Source of the DNA: an uncultured Candidatus Saccharibacteria bacterium
GTDB taxonomy: Bacteria > Patescibacteriota > Saccharimonadia > Saccharimonadales > Saccharimonadaceae
Assembly (NCBI GenBank): GCA_948288625.1
Contig: CAOHYA010000001.1
Location: forward strand, 486,672 to 550,671
Length of the DNA: 64,000 bases
Direction of reading: 5' to 3'
Of the stretch, positions 1-8,367 are shown one piece after another. The notes under the pieces are model-generated. The model had not been told where the DNA came from. It made no database searches and saw nothing but the letters and a program-made list of their open reading frames with translations. The position numbers and the translations under genes are program-made. Each line of letters opens with the position of its first letter. The first letter of the stretch is position 1.

Positions 1-126
1 GAGGGCTGGATAGTATTGGAAGTCGGGCTTGTCGGTAATAAGGGTAATGTGGACATTCTTCTTTTTGGCTAACGTGAGCGCGGCCTTGACGCCGCCGAAG
101 CCGCCACCTACGATGGTAATCTGCAT
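1..126 (-). CDS. NAD(P)/FAD-dependent oxidoreductase (type II NADH dehydrogenase-like), N-terminal fragment running off the window
   Basis: Reverse translation from ATG at 126 gives MQITIVGGGFGGVKAALTLAKKKNVHITLITDKPDFQYYPAL, a GxGxxG Rossmann start typical of NDH-2 and pyridine nucleotide-disulfide oxidoreductases. It is truncated by the window edge, so it is not in the ORF track. Confidence 0.6.
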   Translation of the reverse strand, partial: MQITIVGGGFGGVKAALTLAKKKNVHITLITDKPDFQYYPAL

Positions 127-192
127 AATTGAATCCTGTTTATGTTTTGAACTATACCCGTATAATAGGGGTAAACGGGTGAATAATCAAGC

Positions 193-231
193 TAAAAAAT
201 ACCTCGCCCGATGATACGTTCAGGGGCGAGG
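193..231 (-). terminator. Intrinsic terminator downstream of the small basic ORF
   Basis: An 8-bp GC-rich stem (cctcgccc 202-209 with gggcgagg 224-231) is followed on the minus strand by a T-run (complement of aaaaaa 194-199). Confidence 0.5.
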
Positions 232-237
232 CATTCA

Positions 238-330
238 CTATGCTTTTTGTGATTTAAGCTTGAGTGATTTTGCTTTCTTTTTGAGCATACGCTTACGAGC
301 GGCGCCGTGCCAGTTCTTGTGTTTAGCCAT
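238..330 (-). CDS. Small basic protein (30 aa), possible bS22-like ribosomal protein
   Basis: Hand translation gives MAKHKNWHGAARKRMLKKKAKSLKLKSQKA. It has its own terminator. The RKRMxKKKxK core resembles the about 33-aa actinobacterial bS22 as I recall it. It is below the ORF-track size cutoff. Confidence 0.35.
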   Translation of the reverse strand: MAKHKNWHGAARKRMLKKKAKSLKLKSQKA

Positions 331-418
331 GGTTATCCAATTAGTTTATTAGTAATTGAAATCATTATAACAGATACCACTGGGTTTGGCTAACCCCGTT
401 TTGCTATACTAAGTGAAT

Positions 419-1198
419 ATGCCGCTGACTATTCTCCTTCATTCATCAAAAACAATGGTATTTACGCCACCTACTCGTGCGCTTACGACGCCTATATTCG
501 AGGCATCCTCTCAGGAGCTGACAGACTATCTGCAAGAGCTCACGATCGAGCAATATATAAAAAACATGCATATTTCTGAAAAGCTCGCTACGGAAGTTGA
601 AGAAACGTACCTGACTCGCCTCGATATGCCACTGTCGGCCGCAGCGGAGACCTTTCGTGGTGATATCTATAGCGGGTTGCGTGCCTTAGAATGGACCGAC
701 GAAGAAAAAGACTTCGCGCAAAAGTATCTGAAGATTTTATCCGGGTTATATGGCGTGTTACGGCCTTTTGACGGTATTCAACCGTACCGCCTCGAGCTGG
801 GCTACCGTTTGCCGGATGAACCATACAAAGATTTATACGGATACTGGGGTGATCGTATCGCCGAAACACTTCCTGTCGACGGCCCGATCATCAACGTGAC
901 TTCGGATGAATATGCCAAGGCAGTCCTGCCCTTTCTCGACCCTTCGCGGCTTATTACGCCAGTATTCTTGACGCAGAAAGAAGTCGGCGCAGAGCCCGTA
1001 TTTGTCGTGGTGCATGCCAAAATTGCCCGTGGAGCCTATGCCCGCTGGTTAATTCGGCGCGGCCAGCCGAACGTCGATGGCTTAGAGAAGTTCGACGACC
1101 TAGGGTATGCGTATGATGCTGAGCGAAGTAGCCCTGTGCAGCCGGTGTACGTATGTCGAGACTTCGGCGGCATCGGGTTGAGCCAACGCCTCCATTAA
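419..1198 (+). CDS. yaaA: Peroxide stress protein YaaA (UPF0246/DUF328)
   Basis: Family-typical blocks FRGDIYSGL, LSGLYGVLRPFDGIQPYRLE, YWGDRI, SDEY and AKIARG align along the full length with E. coli YaaA. ATG 419 lies 8 nt after TATACT (405-410). Confidence 0.85.
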   Translation: MPLTILLHSSKTMVFTPPTRALTTPIFEASSQELTDYLQELTIEQYIKNMHISEKLATEVEETYLTRLDMPLSAAAETFRGDIYSGLRALEWTDEEKDFAQKYLKILSGLYGVLRPFDGIQPYRLELGYRLPDEPYKDLYGYWGDRIAETLPVDGPIINVTSDEYAKAVLPFLDPSRLITPVFLTQKEVGAEPVFVVVHAKIARGAYARWLIRRGQPNVDGLEKFDDLGYAYDAERSSPVQPVYVCRDFGGIGLSQRLH

Positions 1199-1938
1199 TA
1201 CGTGGTTTGGTGGTTGAATAACTCAACCCACTGGTTGAGATCGAGTCGCGAAGGAGAGATGCCGGGCACGGCGTGTATTTTTTCAAGCGGCATCTTCGCA
1301 AGCTTCTTCGGGTCGGAGAAGCAGTCTTCGGTAAATTTCCGGTAGCCATTGAGCCGTTTCGGATCAACTAACGGGACTTCCCTCTTTACGAGTCCAATGA
1401 AGACCGTATCGACCGCCGGGTGAGGCCAGAAATCAGTTCGTTTCAAAGGTCTTAGTACTTTTACTTCATATTCCGCGCCGATAACCATACCTAACTGGCC
1501 GGTAAAGTGGGTGGTATCTGTCGCGACTAATTTCTTGCCGAATTGCTTTTGGGTTATCAAATAGGCCGCTTGCGGAGCGGTTGGTGAATTGACAAAGCGT
1601 TGAATGATCGGTGAACTCAAGTGAAACGGGATGTTCGCGAATATTTTATACGGCGTAGTCGGGAGGTCAACTTTCAACGCATCGCCTTTGACAACCGTTA
1701 CGTTGCCGTACTTTTCCATGTTGATCTTCAGTAACTCTACGGTTCGGGGCTCGTATTCGATCGCTACGACCGATTTTACTGTTTCTGCAAGTACTGAGCT
1801 GATGACACCACTGCCCGCTCCAAAATCATACACCGTATCGGTTGCCTTGAGGTTGGTAAACCGAAGAAGTTCGCGTACTAAATTAGGACGACGGATGAAA
1901 TTTTGCGAATAATGAGCCAGGCGTTTCATTGACTTCAT
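1195..1938 (-). CDS. Erm-family rRNA adenine N6-methyltransferase (23S rRNA methylase-like)
   Basis: At 247 aa it matches Erm size. It has HYSQNFI, the SAM motif DFGAGSG, YKIFANIPFHLSSPI and FWPHPAVDT, and the C-terminus LNQWVELFN is colinear with ErmC. Confidence 0.65.
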   Translation of the reverse strand: MKSMKRLAHYSQNFIRRPNLVRELLRFTNLKATDTVYDFGAGSGVISSVLAETVKSVVAIEYEPRTVELLKINMEKYGNVTVVKGDALKVDLPTTPYKIFANIPFHLSSPIIQRFVNSPTAPQAAYLITQKQFGKKLVATDTTHFTGQLGMVIGAEYEVKVLRPLKRTDFWPHPAVDTVFIGLVKREVPLVDPKRLNGYRKFTEDCFSDPKKLAKMPLEKIHAVPGISPSRLDLNQWVELFNHQTTY

Positions 1939-1980
1939 TATCTCATAGGGATGATTACAGCACTAGCTGGAATTTTTGCA

Positions 1981-2015
1981 AAGGAAAAGGGCGCCTAGTT
2001 TCAAACTAGACGCCC
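1981..2015 (-). terminator. Hairpin terminator after the LAxTG protein gene
   Basis: A near-perfect 12-13 bp hairpin gggcgcctagttt/aaactagacgccc (1989-2015) is followed on the minus strand by cttttcctt. Confidence 0.5.
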
Positions 2016-2056
2016 GTGTGTACACGCCACTATATGCGTGCACTTCCTTGACTCAC

Positions 2057-3607
2057 TTACTCGGTTGCGACGACCGGCTGCCGACGACGAGCGATGATCA
2101 TGCCGGCTGCGCCGAGCACGATCGCACCACCAGCGACCCACGCGATCGCGAGAGTACTCGGACCGGTGACGGCCAGGTCTTCATCCGGCTCGTCGGGGGT
2201 GTGAACCACCGGAGTGACCGTGGGCGCCTTGTAGCACAGAAGGTTTGGGTTCTCGGACTGGTAGCCCAGCGGGCCGGGAACCTCGTAGTTCACTTCGAGG
2301 GTCGTGAGACCTTCGGGGTGTTCTTCGCTGATGAACCGGTGCTGGTAGTCAGCCTCGAACACCGCGGTGTGCGAGCCCACTTCGGTAGCGGTCTTGCCCA
2401 CCTGAGTGGCGTTCTCGACGTGGAAGGTAACCACACCGGCGGTGAGGCAGTCCTCCGTCACTTCTCCGGTCACGGACGACTCGCCGCATACGAGCTCGTT
2501 CGCGTCCTTCGGTGCCCAGACGAACTGGAACGACTTGACGTCGAACAGGTCGTTCGGATCGGCATCGTTCAGTACGACGGTGATCTCCTCGTAACCGAAG
2601 TTCCGCGGAATGCCGCCGTCGTAGCCTTCACCGACCGGCACGAGCTCCTTTACGCTGCCACTGGCAGAATAGAAGCCCCACTGGCCGTTCTGAGCCGCTT
2701 CCAGCAACGCATGGTTCCGTGAGTCGGACTCACAGGTCACGGTCGTCGCCGACCCGCTAGCCGTCACCTCTACGGGTTCCTGAGCGGGGGGGTTGCAGCC
2801 TTCGCTCGGCGTGGTTGACCACGTCGGGTTGGGGCCCTTACCGGGCAGCGCTTCATGCAGGAAGGGCGGCTCGTCCGGTTTCTGAGGCTCGAGGAGCCTC
2901 TCCGGTACGGCCAGTGCGTCGAAACCTCCTTGGCTCGCGAATGCGGCGTAGGGTTCACCCTGACCGCACACGAGCTTCTTGGAAGGATCTCCGTACGTGA
3001 ACGTGCCGATGGCATTGACCATCGTGTCGATGGGAACTCCGTTGAGATCCTGAGGCCACGATGGGTTGCCTACGGCCGGCAAGACGTAACTGCGGATGAC
3101 CGTACGAACTGCGAGTGTGTCACAGAGCTTCTGACCCAGTTCTCCTCCCGAGACGATGATGATACCCGATACCGTGACCGGATCGAACGTGTATGCGAAC
3201 ACGGGGTTCTGCACACATGTCGGGTAGGACGGCGTCTCGGTTTCGGTGGTCGGCTGTTCGGCCTCTTCCGTCTCCTCCGAGCCAGCTTCGTTCGCGTCCT
3301 CGACGACCGGCTCCTCGGAAGGAGCGGTATCGGTGTACTCTTCGGATGCCGATGGATCGGCGGGTTCGGTCGATTCCTGCGGCGCGGGAGCGGGCTCCTC
3401 TGCTGCGGGTTCGTCGGTCGTGGCCGCGTCGGGATCGGAAGTTGCCTCCTGGTCCTCGACCACCACCACGACATCCGGTTCGGGCGTCGTGACGGTCGGT
3501 TCTTCGGCGGCGAACGCTACCGTCCCTCCGGCGCCGAGCACGAGCATGGTGGTCAGGCCGAAGCCTGCCAGCACCGCTCGCATCGGCTTGGTGCGATTCT
3601 GAGACAC
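2057..3607 (-). CDS. Cell-wall-anchored surface protein with LAxTG sortase signal (GC-rich ORF)
   Basis: N-terminal signal/TM (MRAVLAGFGLTTMLVLGAGGTVAFA), an acidic Pro/Glu/Thr-rich spacer, and a C-terminal LAVTG + hydrophobic helix + RRRQ tail. The start is GTG with a GAGGGG SD. GC is far above the neighbours. Confidence 0.7.
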   Translation of the reverse strand: MSQNRTKPMRAVLAGFGLTTMLVLGAGGTVAFAAEEPTVTTPEPDVVVVVEDQEATSDPDAATTDEPAAEEPAPAPQESTEPADPSASEEYTDTAPSEEPVVEDANEAGSEETEEAEQPTTETETPSYPTCVQNPVFAYTFDPVTVSGIIIVSGGELGQKLCDTLAVRTVIRSYVLPAVGNPSWPQDLNGVPIDTMVNAIGTFTYGDPSKKLVCGQGEPYAAFASQGGFDALAVPERLLEPQKPDEPPFLHEALPGKGPNPTWSTTPSEGCNPPAQEPVEVTASGSATTVTCESDSRNHALLEAAQNGQWGFYSASGSVKELVPVGEGYDGGIPRNFGYEEITVVLNDADPNDLFDVKSFQFVWAPKDANELVCGESSVTGEVTEDCLTAGVVTFHVENATQVGKTATEVGSHTAVFEADYQHRFISEEHPEGLTTLEVNYEVPGPLGYQSENPNLLCYKAPTVTPVVHTPDEPDEDLAVTGPSTLAIAWVAGGAIVLGAAGMIIARRRQPVVATE

Positions 3608-4115
3608 GAAGTCCCCTCTCTTCTTGGTGGTATATGCAAAAAGTGTAATGAGTCAAGTTTTTAAAGTGGCACAGGTGCCAATCTAAAGACCGGCTCACAA
3701 TGCATTGTTCAATTATAACATAAATGGATTAAAATGTAAATAAGCTCAAGAGGTATACAGAATCTGGTAGGTAAAATGCTTGACGCTTCAACTAATGCTC
3801 GATGTATACTAAATACAGTCATGTGAGTACTTCCGCTGATTGTGAATCAATCGGCAAAGGATTTTCACCCACAGGCTTATATATGAAGCCACCAATCGAT
3901 GCCATGCTCACCTTACCCGTTTGGTAAAAGCGCCCCTGGTAATCGTCACAATTCTAACGTGATATTTGGTAAAAAGGTCCTGCGGTATAAACGGTTCGCA
4001 CTACCCTCTCCAAATCACTCCTCCAAAATCCGTTGCTGATCGATTTCTTGTTCAGCTTTTTTGCGTTACACGTGCGAGATGTAAGGCAGTCAATCAAAAT
4101 CTTAACCTTTGGAGA

Positions 4116-4373
4116 ATGAATATGAATCGTGAAAATATCAATGAGCAAGTAGCAATTACGCAAATGGGCTTTAAGAAAAACTTATCCGCCTACCCGCGCC
4201 GTATGGAATTCCGGGGCACTATGTATGACTTCCTCGACGCCGGCCTTCGTTGCCTCGTGAAAACAGGTGGTCACATTGCGGAAATCGTCACGCTTACCGA
4301 CGGCCAATCTCAATTCCGTTTACGAACGGATAACCATGGTGGTAACTGGACTTTGTTGAGCATCGTTCAATAA
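4116..4373 (+). CDS. Hypothetical protein (85 aa)
   Basis: An in-frame ATG at 4116 is preceded by GGAGA. The longer track ORF (3966) crosses an AT-rich leader. The gene is followed by a perfect 11-bp terminator hairpin. I recognise no family. Confidence 0.4.
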   Translation: MNMNRENINEQVAITQMGFKKNLSAYPRRMEFRGTMYDFLDAGLRCLVKTGGHIAEIVTLTDGQSQFRLRTDNHGGNWTLLSIVQ

Positions 4374-4414
4374 CGGCCGTTCGCTATGGTGGACTTGGAA
4401 GTGCCTCATTCATA

Positions 4415-4440
4415 GAAAATCACGCTGGCGCGTGATTTTC
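4415..4440 (+). terminator. Intrinsic terminator
   Basis: A perfect 11-bp stem gaaaatcacgc/gcgtgattttc with a 4-nt loop is followed by a T-rich tract. Confidence 0.55.
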
Positions 4441-4464
4441 TATTGGTTTGGTATACTGTTAGCA

Positions 4465-4956
4465 ATGAAACAATTGAAAGTAATCGGAACTCGGGATGAA
4501 TCGCTGTCGTATGAGGATAGGCCTACGGTTAAGGTAGTCATACGGCGTGGCGATGAGGTGTTGGTATTAAACAAAGGTTTGTTACCTGGCGGTGGCGTTG
4601 AACCAGGAGAAACGAACGTACAAGCCATTGAACGTGAGTTACGAGAAGAACTCGGCGTCAGCGTTAAAAATATACAGGAAATAGGCGAAGTAGTTCAGTA
4701 CAGAGATTTCATACAGAAAAAATATAGTATCTACGGGTATGCAGCGGAGTTTGGCGCCTTTGTGTCCGACCCGACGCCTAAGGATAACGGTGAAGCCCAA
4801 TTCCAGCTACATTGGATGACAAAGGAAGCTGCTATTGCCTATGTCTCCGGATCTATTGCTATGGTAGAAAGCGTGGTAATGCTCGGCGATGCAATTCAAG
4901 GTAGATTGTATAACCTGATGACGTCACTTACGCTCGTAAAAGCGATGACGAAATAG
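4465..4956 (+). CDS. NUDIX hydrolase
   Basis: Nudix box GGGVEPGETNVQAIERELREELGV (GX5EX7REUXEEXGU). ATG 4465 lies 7 nt after an extended -10 TGgTATACT (4449-4457), so the gene looks leaderless. Confidence 0.8.
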   Translation: MKQLKVIGTRDESLSYEDRPTVKVVIRRGDEVLVLNKGLLPGGGVEPGETNVQAIERELREELGVSVKNIQEIGEVVQYRDFIQKKYSIYGYAAEFGAFVSDPTPKDNGEAQFQLHWMTKEAAIAYVSGSIAMVESVVMLGDAIQGRLYNLMTSLTLVKAMTK

Positions 4957-4981
4957 AATCGCTTGCTGACAAGGGAAAACG

Positions 4982-5094
4982 AAAAAGCCCCGCCGTACCA
5001 TTCGTAAACGGCTTCACTCCAGGTATTTTTTGGCGTATACGGCCTTAAAATACTTGGGTTGCAGATGTTTACTCGTAGTACGGCGGGGCTTTTT
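4982..5094. repeat. Long imperfect rod-like inverted repeat between convergent genes
   Basis: Perfect 17-bp arms aaaaagccccgccgtac (4982-4998) and gtacggcggggcttttt (5078-5094). Inner pairings are gtaaac/gtttac and ccaggtatttt/aaaatacttgg. Confidence 0.5.
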
Positions 5095-5105
5095 CGATTT
5101 TGTTA

Positions 5106-7640
5106 TTAAGCAAGTCGTTTAGCTAATACCAACCGTCGGCCAATGAACTTATGAACTTCAACTACGAGGATGATAGCCATAAAGGCTGAAACGGCAGCGA
5201 CGATCATGTCGATTGCAGGTATAGGTTTGATATTCAACAATCCTTGCAAAGGTCCGAATAATGCGAACCATTGCAGTGAAATAGATACCGCTAGGCCGAC
5301 CCAGAAAATACGATGCTTTACGAGTACGCGGGTAAATGCGGATTGATAGGTACTTCGAGCGTTGATCGCGTTCGCCCACTGGATCGCTACGAGTGATACG
5401 AAGACGATGGTGTGCGCGTAATCGACGCCACGAGTGGCAATGAAGTACGCGTACAGTCCAAGTGCGATTCCGGCCATGGCGAGCGCGACAAGTACGATAC
5501 GGCTGATCATATATTTGTCAAGGATCGGCGCGGTCGGTGAAACAGGTTTTTGCTTCATGGCGCTTTTGCCACCTGGTTCGAGCCCCAGAGGAATCACCAT
5601 GGTCGTATCTGTTACTAAGTTAATCCATAGAATTTGAGCTGGTTGCAAAGGTATCGGTAGGCCGACGGCCAAGGCACCAACTGACGTAATGACTTCGCCG
5701 ATGTTCGTCGACAACAGGTAGTACAGCATGCGACGAATGTTCGCGAAGACGATGCGACCTTCGCGCATGGCCCGTACGATACTGGCAAAGTTGTCGTTGA
5801 GAAGGATGATATCACCGGCGTCTTTGGCGATTTGCGAACCGCTCCCCATGGCTACGCCGACGTGCGCATTCGTAAGCGCCGGAACATCGTTGACGCCGTC
5901 CCCCGTCATGGCAGTCACTTCTTTAAGTTTCAATATCTGAAGAATGCGGAATTTATTCTCTGGTGTCACGCGCGAGAAAATACGGGCACGGTGCGCTTCG
6001 ATGGCAAGTTGCTTGTCACTCATATCGTTCATCAAGCGGCTATCGAACACTTCGTCGCGTGACGTGACCAGCCCCAGCTTCAGTCCGATGCTATAAGCTG
6101 TCTCAAAGTGGTCACCAGTGATCATACGTACCGATACGCCAGCTGCTTGGGCGGTCTTGATGGCTTTTCGGGCGGCCGGGCGAAGCGTATCTGCCACGGC
6201 AATCAGACCGGCGAACTGCAAGCTAAACTTAGGGTGCATTTCATGGAACGCTTCGAACGTTTTTTCGACTTGCGATGTGGCGACGGCAATCACGCGGTAC
6301 CCTTGGCTCGTAAGCTGCGTCAATGCGGCTTCTGCTTCGGTGCGCTGGGCTTTTGATAAGTTGCTACGGTCGATGATGTGTTCCGGCGCGCCTTTGACGA
6401 CGAGTTCGTGCTGGCCTTTATGATGCCAAATATTCCCACTCATGGCAAAGGCTTGGTCGAATGGTAACTTCACGACCGCTTCGCCTTTTAGGTTGACGGC
6501 CGCTTCGGCCGCGCTATAGCTGATAAACGCAACGTCGAGGGGGTCGCTGCTTTTTTGGTTATGCACGTTGATGGTTTTATGAATCACAGTTGGCAAATGA
6601 TGATCAACCCAACTTGGTTGCCATGTTTCTTGGACGGATAGTTTATTTTCAGTCAGCGTGCCGGTCTTGTCGGTAGCGATAGTCGTGATGACGCCGATGG
6701 TTTCGATGGCGCTCATGCTGCGCACCAATGCCTTTTTGGCGGCCATGCGGCGCATCCCAAGTACCAAAATGACCGAGATAGCGATCGGTAAACTTTCGGG
6801 AACGGCGGATACCGAGATGGCGATTACGAAACGAAGTGCTTCGGTGAGTTCGATACCACGGCTGAGCGCCAAGATGAACGCTACGACGGCTACTGCGGCG
6901 ACGACGGCGATGATATACGCGATCAATTTATCGATTTTCTTTTGAACCGGGCTCGAAATTTCATCCGGGGAGTTACCCGTGAGCGCGGCGATCCGCCCGA
7001 ATTCGGTCTGATTACCGGTAAGGATAACCAAGCCCACGGCTTGACCCGAGGTAACGAACGAACCTTGGAAGAGAATATTGCGTTGTTCGTACACTTCTTT
7101 CTCGCCCGTAAGTGTATCGGCGGATTTACTCATCGGTGCGGACTCACCCGTCAGCAAAGCTTCGTCGGTGCGTAACGAGTCGGCTACGATGACACGCAAA
7201 TCGGCAGGGACCTTATCTCCTTCGCCTAAGTGAACGATGTCACCAGGTACAAGTAAGCTACTATCGACAGAGACCATTTCGCCGCCGCGCGTCACGGAAA
7301 CTTTCTGAGCGGTGTGTTTTTGCAGTGACCTCAAAATACGGTCAGTCGAGAAACGCTGTACGTAGTATATACCGGCGCTGGTAAGCATGATGACCGCGAT
7401 GATGATCGCGTCAAAGTACGCATGGTGCCAAATACTGATGAGCACCGCGACGAATAGCACGGCCATGAAGACGTTGGCGAATGGTTCGACGATTTTACGC
7501 CAGAGCGGCTCGCCCTTCAGTTTGATTTCGTTCGGCCCAAACTGTTTCAGACGTTCGCCCGCCTCGTACTTGGAGATACCTTCGAGGCCCGACGACAATT
7601 CTTTGTATGTGTCTTCGATGGATTGTTGGTAAAAAAGCAT
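5106..7640 (-). CDS. Cation-transporting P-type ATPase (P2, Ca2+/Mg2+-type)
   Basis: DKTGTLT phosphorylation motif, TGES, MITGD, TGDGVNDVPAL and 10 predicted TM segments. I prefer the start at 7640 (MLFYQQ...) because the 7664 start lies inside the greA terminator hairpin. TGaTACAAT lies 7 nt upstream. Confidence 0.9.
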   Translation of the reverse strand: MLFYQQSIEDTYKELSSGLEGISKYEAGERLKQFGPNEIKLKGEPLWRKIVEPFANVFMAVLFVAVLISIWHHAYFDAIIIAVIMLTSAGIYYVQRFSTDRILRSLQKHTAQKVSVTRGGEMVSVDSSLLVPGDIVHLGEGDKVPADLRVIVADSLRTDEALLTGESAPMSKSADTLTGEKEVYEQRNILFQGSFVTSGQAVGLVILTGNQTEFGRIAALTGNSPDEISSPVQKKIDKLIAYIIAVVAAVAVVAFILALSRGIELTEALRFVIAISVSAVPESLPIAISVILVLGMRRMAAKKALVRSMSAIETIGVITTIATDKTGTLTENKLSVQETWQPSWVDHHLPTVIHKTINVHNQKSSDPLDVAFISYSAAEAAVNLKGEAVVKLPFDQAFAMSGNIWHHKGQHELVVKGAPEHIIDRSNLSKAQRTEAEAALTQLTSQGYRVIAVATSQVEKTFEAFHEMHPKFSLQFAGLIAVADTLRPAARKAIKTAQAAGVSVRMITGDHFETAYSIGLKLGLVTSRDEVFDSRLMNDMSDKQLAIEAHRARIFSRVTPENKFRILQILKLKEVTAMTGDGVNDVPALTNAHVGVAMGSGSQIAKDAGDIILLNDNFASIVRAMREGRIVFANIRRMLYYLLSTNIGEVITSVGALAVGLPIPLQPAQILWINLVTDTTMVIPLGLEPGGKSAMKQKPVSPTAPILDKYMISRIVLVALAMAGIALGLYAYFIATRGVDYAHTIVFVSLVAIQWANAINARSTYQSAFTRVLVKHRIFWVGLAVSISLQWFALFGPLQGLLNIKPIPAIDMIVAAVSAFMAIILVVEVHKFIGRRLVLAKRLA

Positions 7641-7655
7641 TAGCACTATTGTATC

Positions 7656-7685
7656 AAAAAACACCTCTTATGTGAGGTGTTTTTC
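7656..7685 (-). terminator. Intrinsic terminator after greA (bidirectional shape)
   Basis: The stem acacctc/gaggtgt is flanked by an A-run and a T-run. Confidence 0.6.
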
Positions 7686-7705
7686 AGATTACGTTGCTAT
7701 TTCGG

Positions 7706-8209
7706 CTAATTGATTCGAACTAGTTGCATCGTGCCACGGACGGTACCGTTTCCCCATTCGATAACGTCTTTGACTGTTTTACCAACCAAGCTGCTCCCAA
7801 GAGGGCTTTTTGCGGAGATGCGGCCATCGCTTGGGTTTGCTTCGATACTTTCGACTAAAGTATAACGGAACAGACGTCCTTGTTGGTCGATGAGGTCAAC
7901 GACTGAACCAACGGCAACCTTCATACGGGTACGTCGTGATGGCATGATGTGCGCCTGTAGTAAGGTTTGCTGCTTCTCATGGAGCTCCGCTTCAATTGCT
8001 TCAAGCCGAGCCAATCGTTCGTTTCGCTCGAATCGGTCATCATGACCAGTTGTTTTATCGCTTTCCTTCAAGCTTCGTATTACCGCCATACGGTCATGTT
8101 CTAATTGGGTGACGGACTTTCGGAGCTCTTTCATACCCTTTTTACTGAGTAAGATACTTGGTTTGGTGGTACTAATTTCTTTGCTGATGGTGGTGTTCAT
8201 AGAGTTCAC
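7706..8209 (-). CDS. greA: Transcription elongation factor GreA family
   Basis: N-terminal coiled coil, plus a C-terminal domain with GSVVDL...ISAKSPLGSSLVGKTVKD typical of GreA/GreB. Strong SD AAGGAGGGAG. Confidence 0.8.
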   Translation of the reverse strand: MNSMNTTISKEISTTKPSILLSKKGMKELRKSVTQLEHDRMAVIRSLKESDKTTGHDDRFERNERLARLEAIEAELHEKQQTLLQAHIMPSRRTRMKVAVGSVVDLIDQQGRLFRYTLVESIEANPSDGRISAKSPLGSSLVGKTVKDVIEWGNGTVRGTMQLVRIN

Positions 8210-8367
8210 TCCCTCCTTTTTAAAAACGATTACTCGTATTGTTTGTTGTAGCTAGGCTACTGGTTGTAGTATGTCATTCGAATCTGAGAAGACTCTTAAT
8301 TCTTATGGCTTATGTGTTGTAATTTTACATACTATTTAAAGCATGCGTAGATATATGTCGAAAGTAT

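Noticed and set aside
1976-3698. Multiple long ORFs on both strands over the LAxTG gene (for example 1976..2722 +, 2855..3664 +, 3120..3698 -, 3070..3474 -).
   Set aside because: They are shadow frames of a GC-rich gene. Their translations are Arg/Gly/Pro-rich low-complexity strings without motifs. The 2057..3607 frame has a signal peptide, a sorting signal, an SD and a terminator.
7641-7664. The ORF-track start (7664) of the P-type ATPase.
   Set aside because: That start codon lies inside the greA terminator hairpin. The in-frame ATG at 7640 sits 7 nt after an extended -10.
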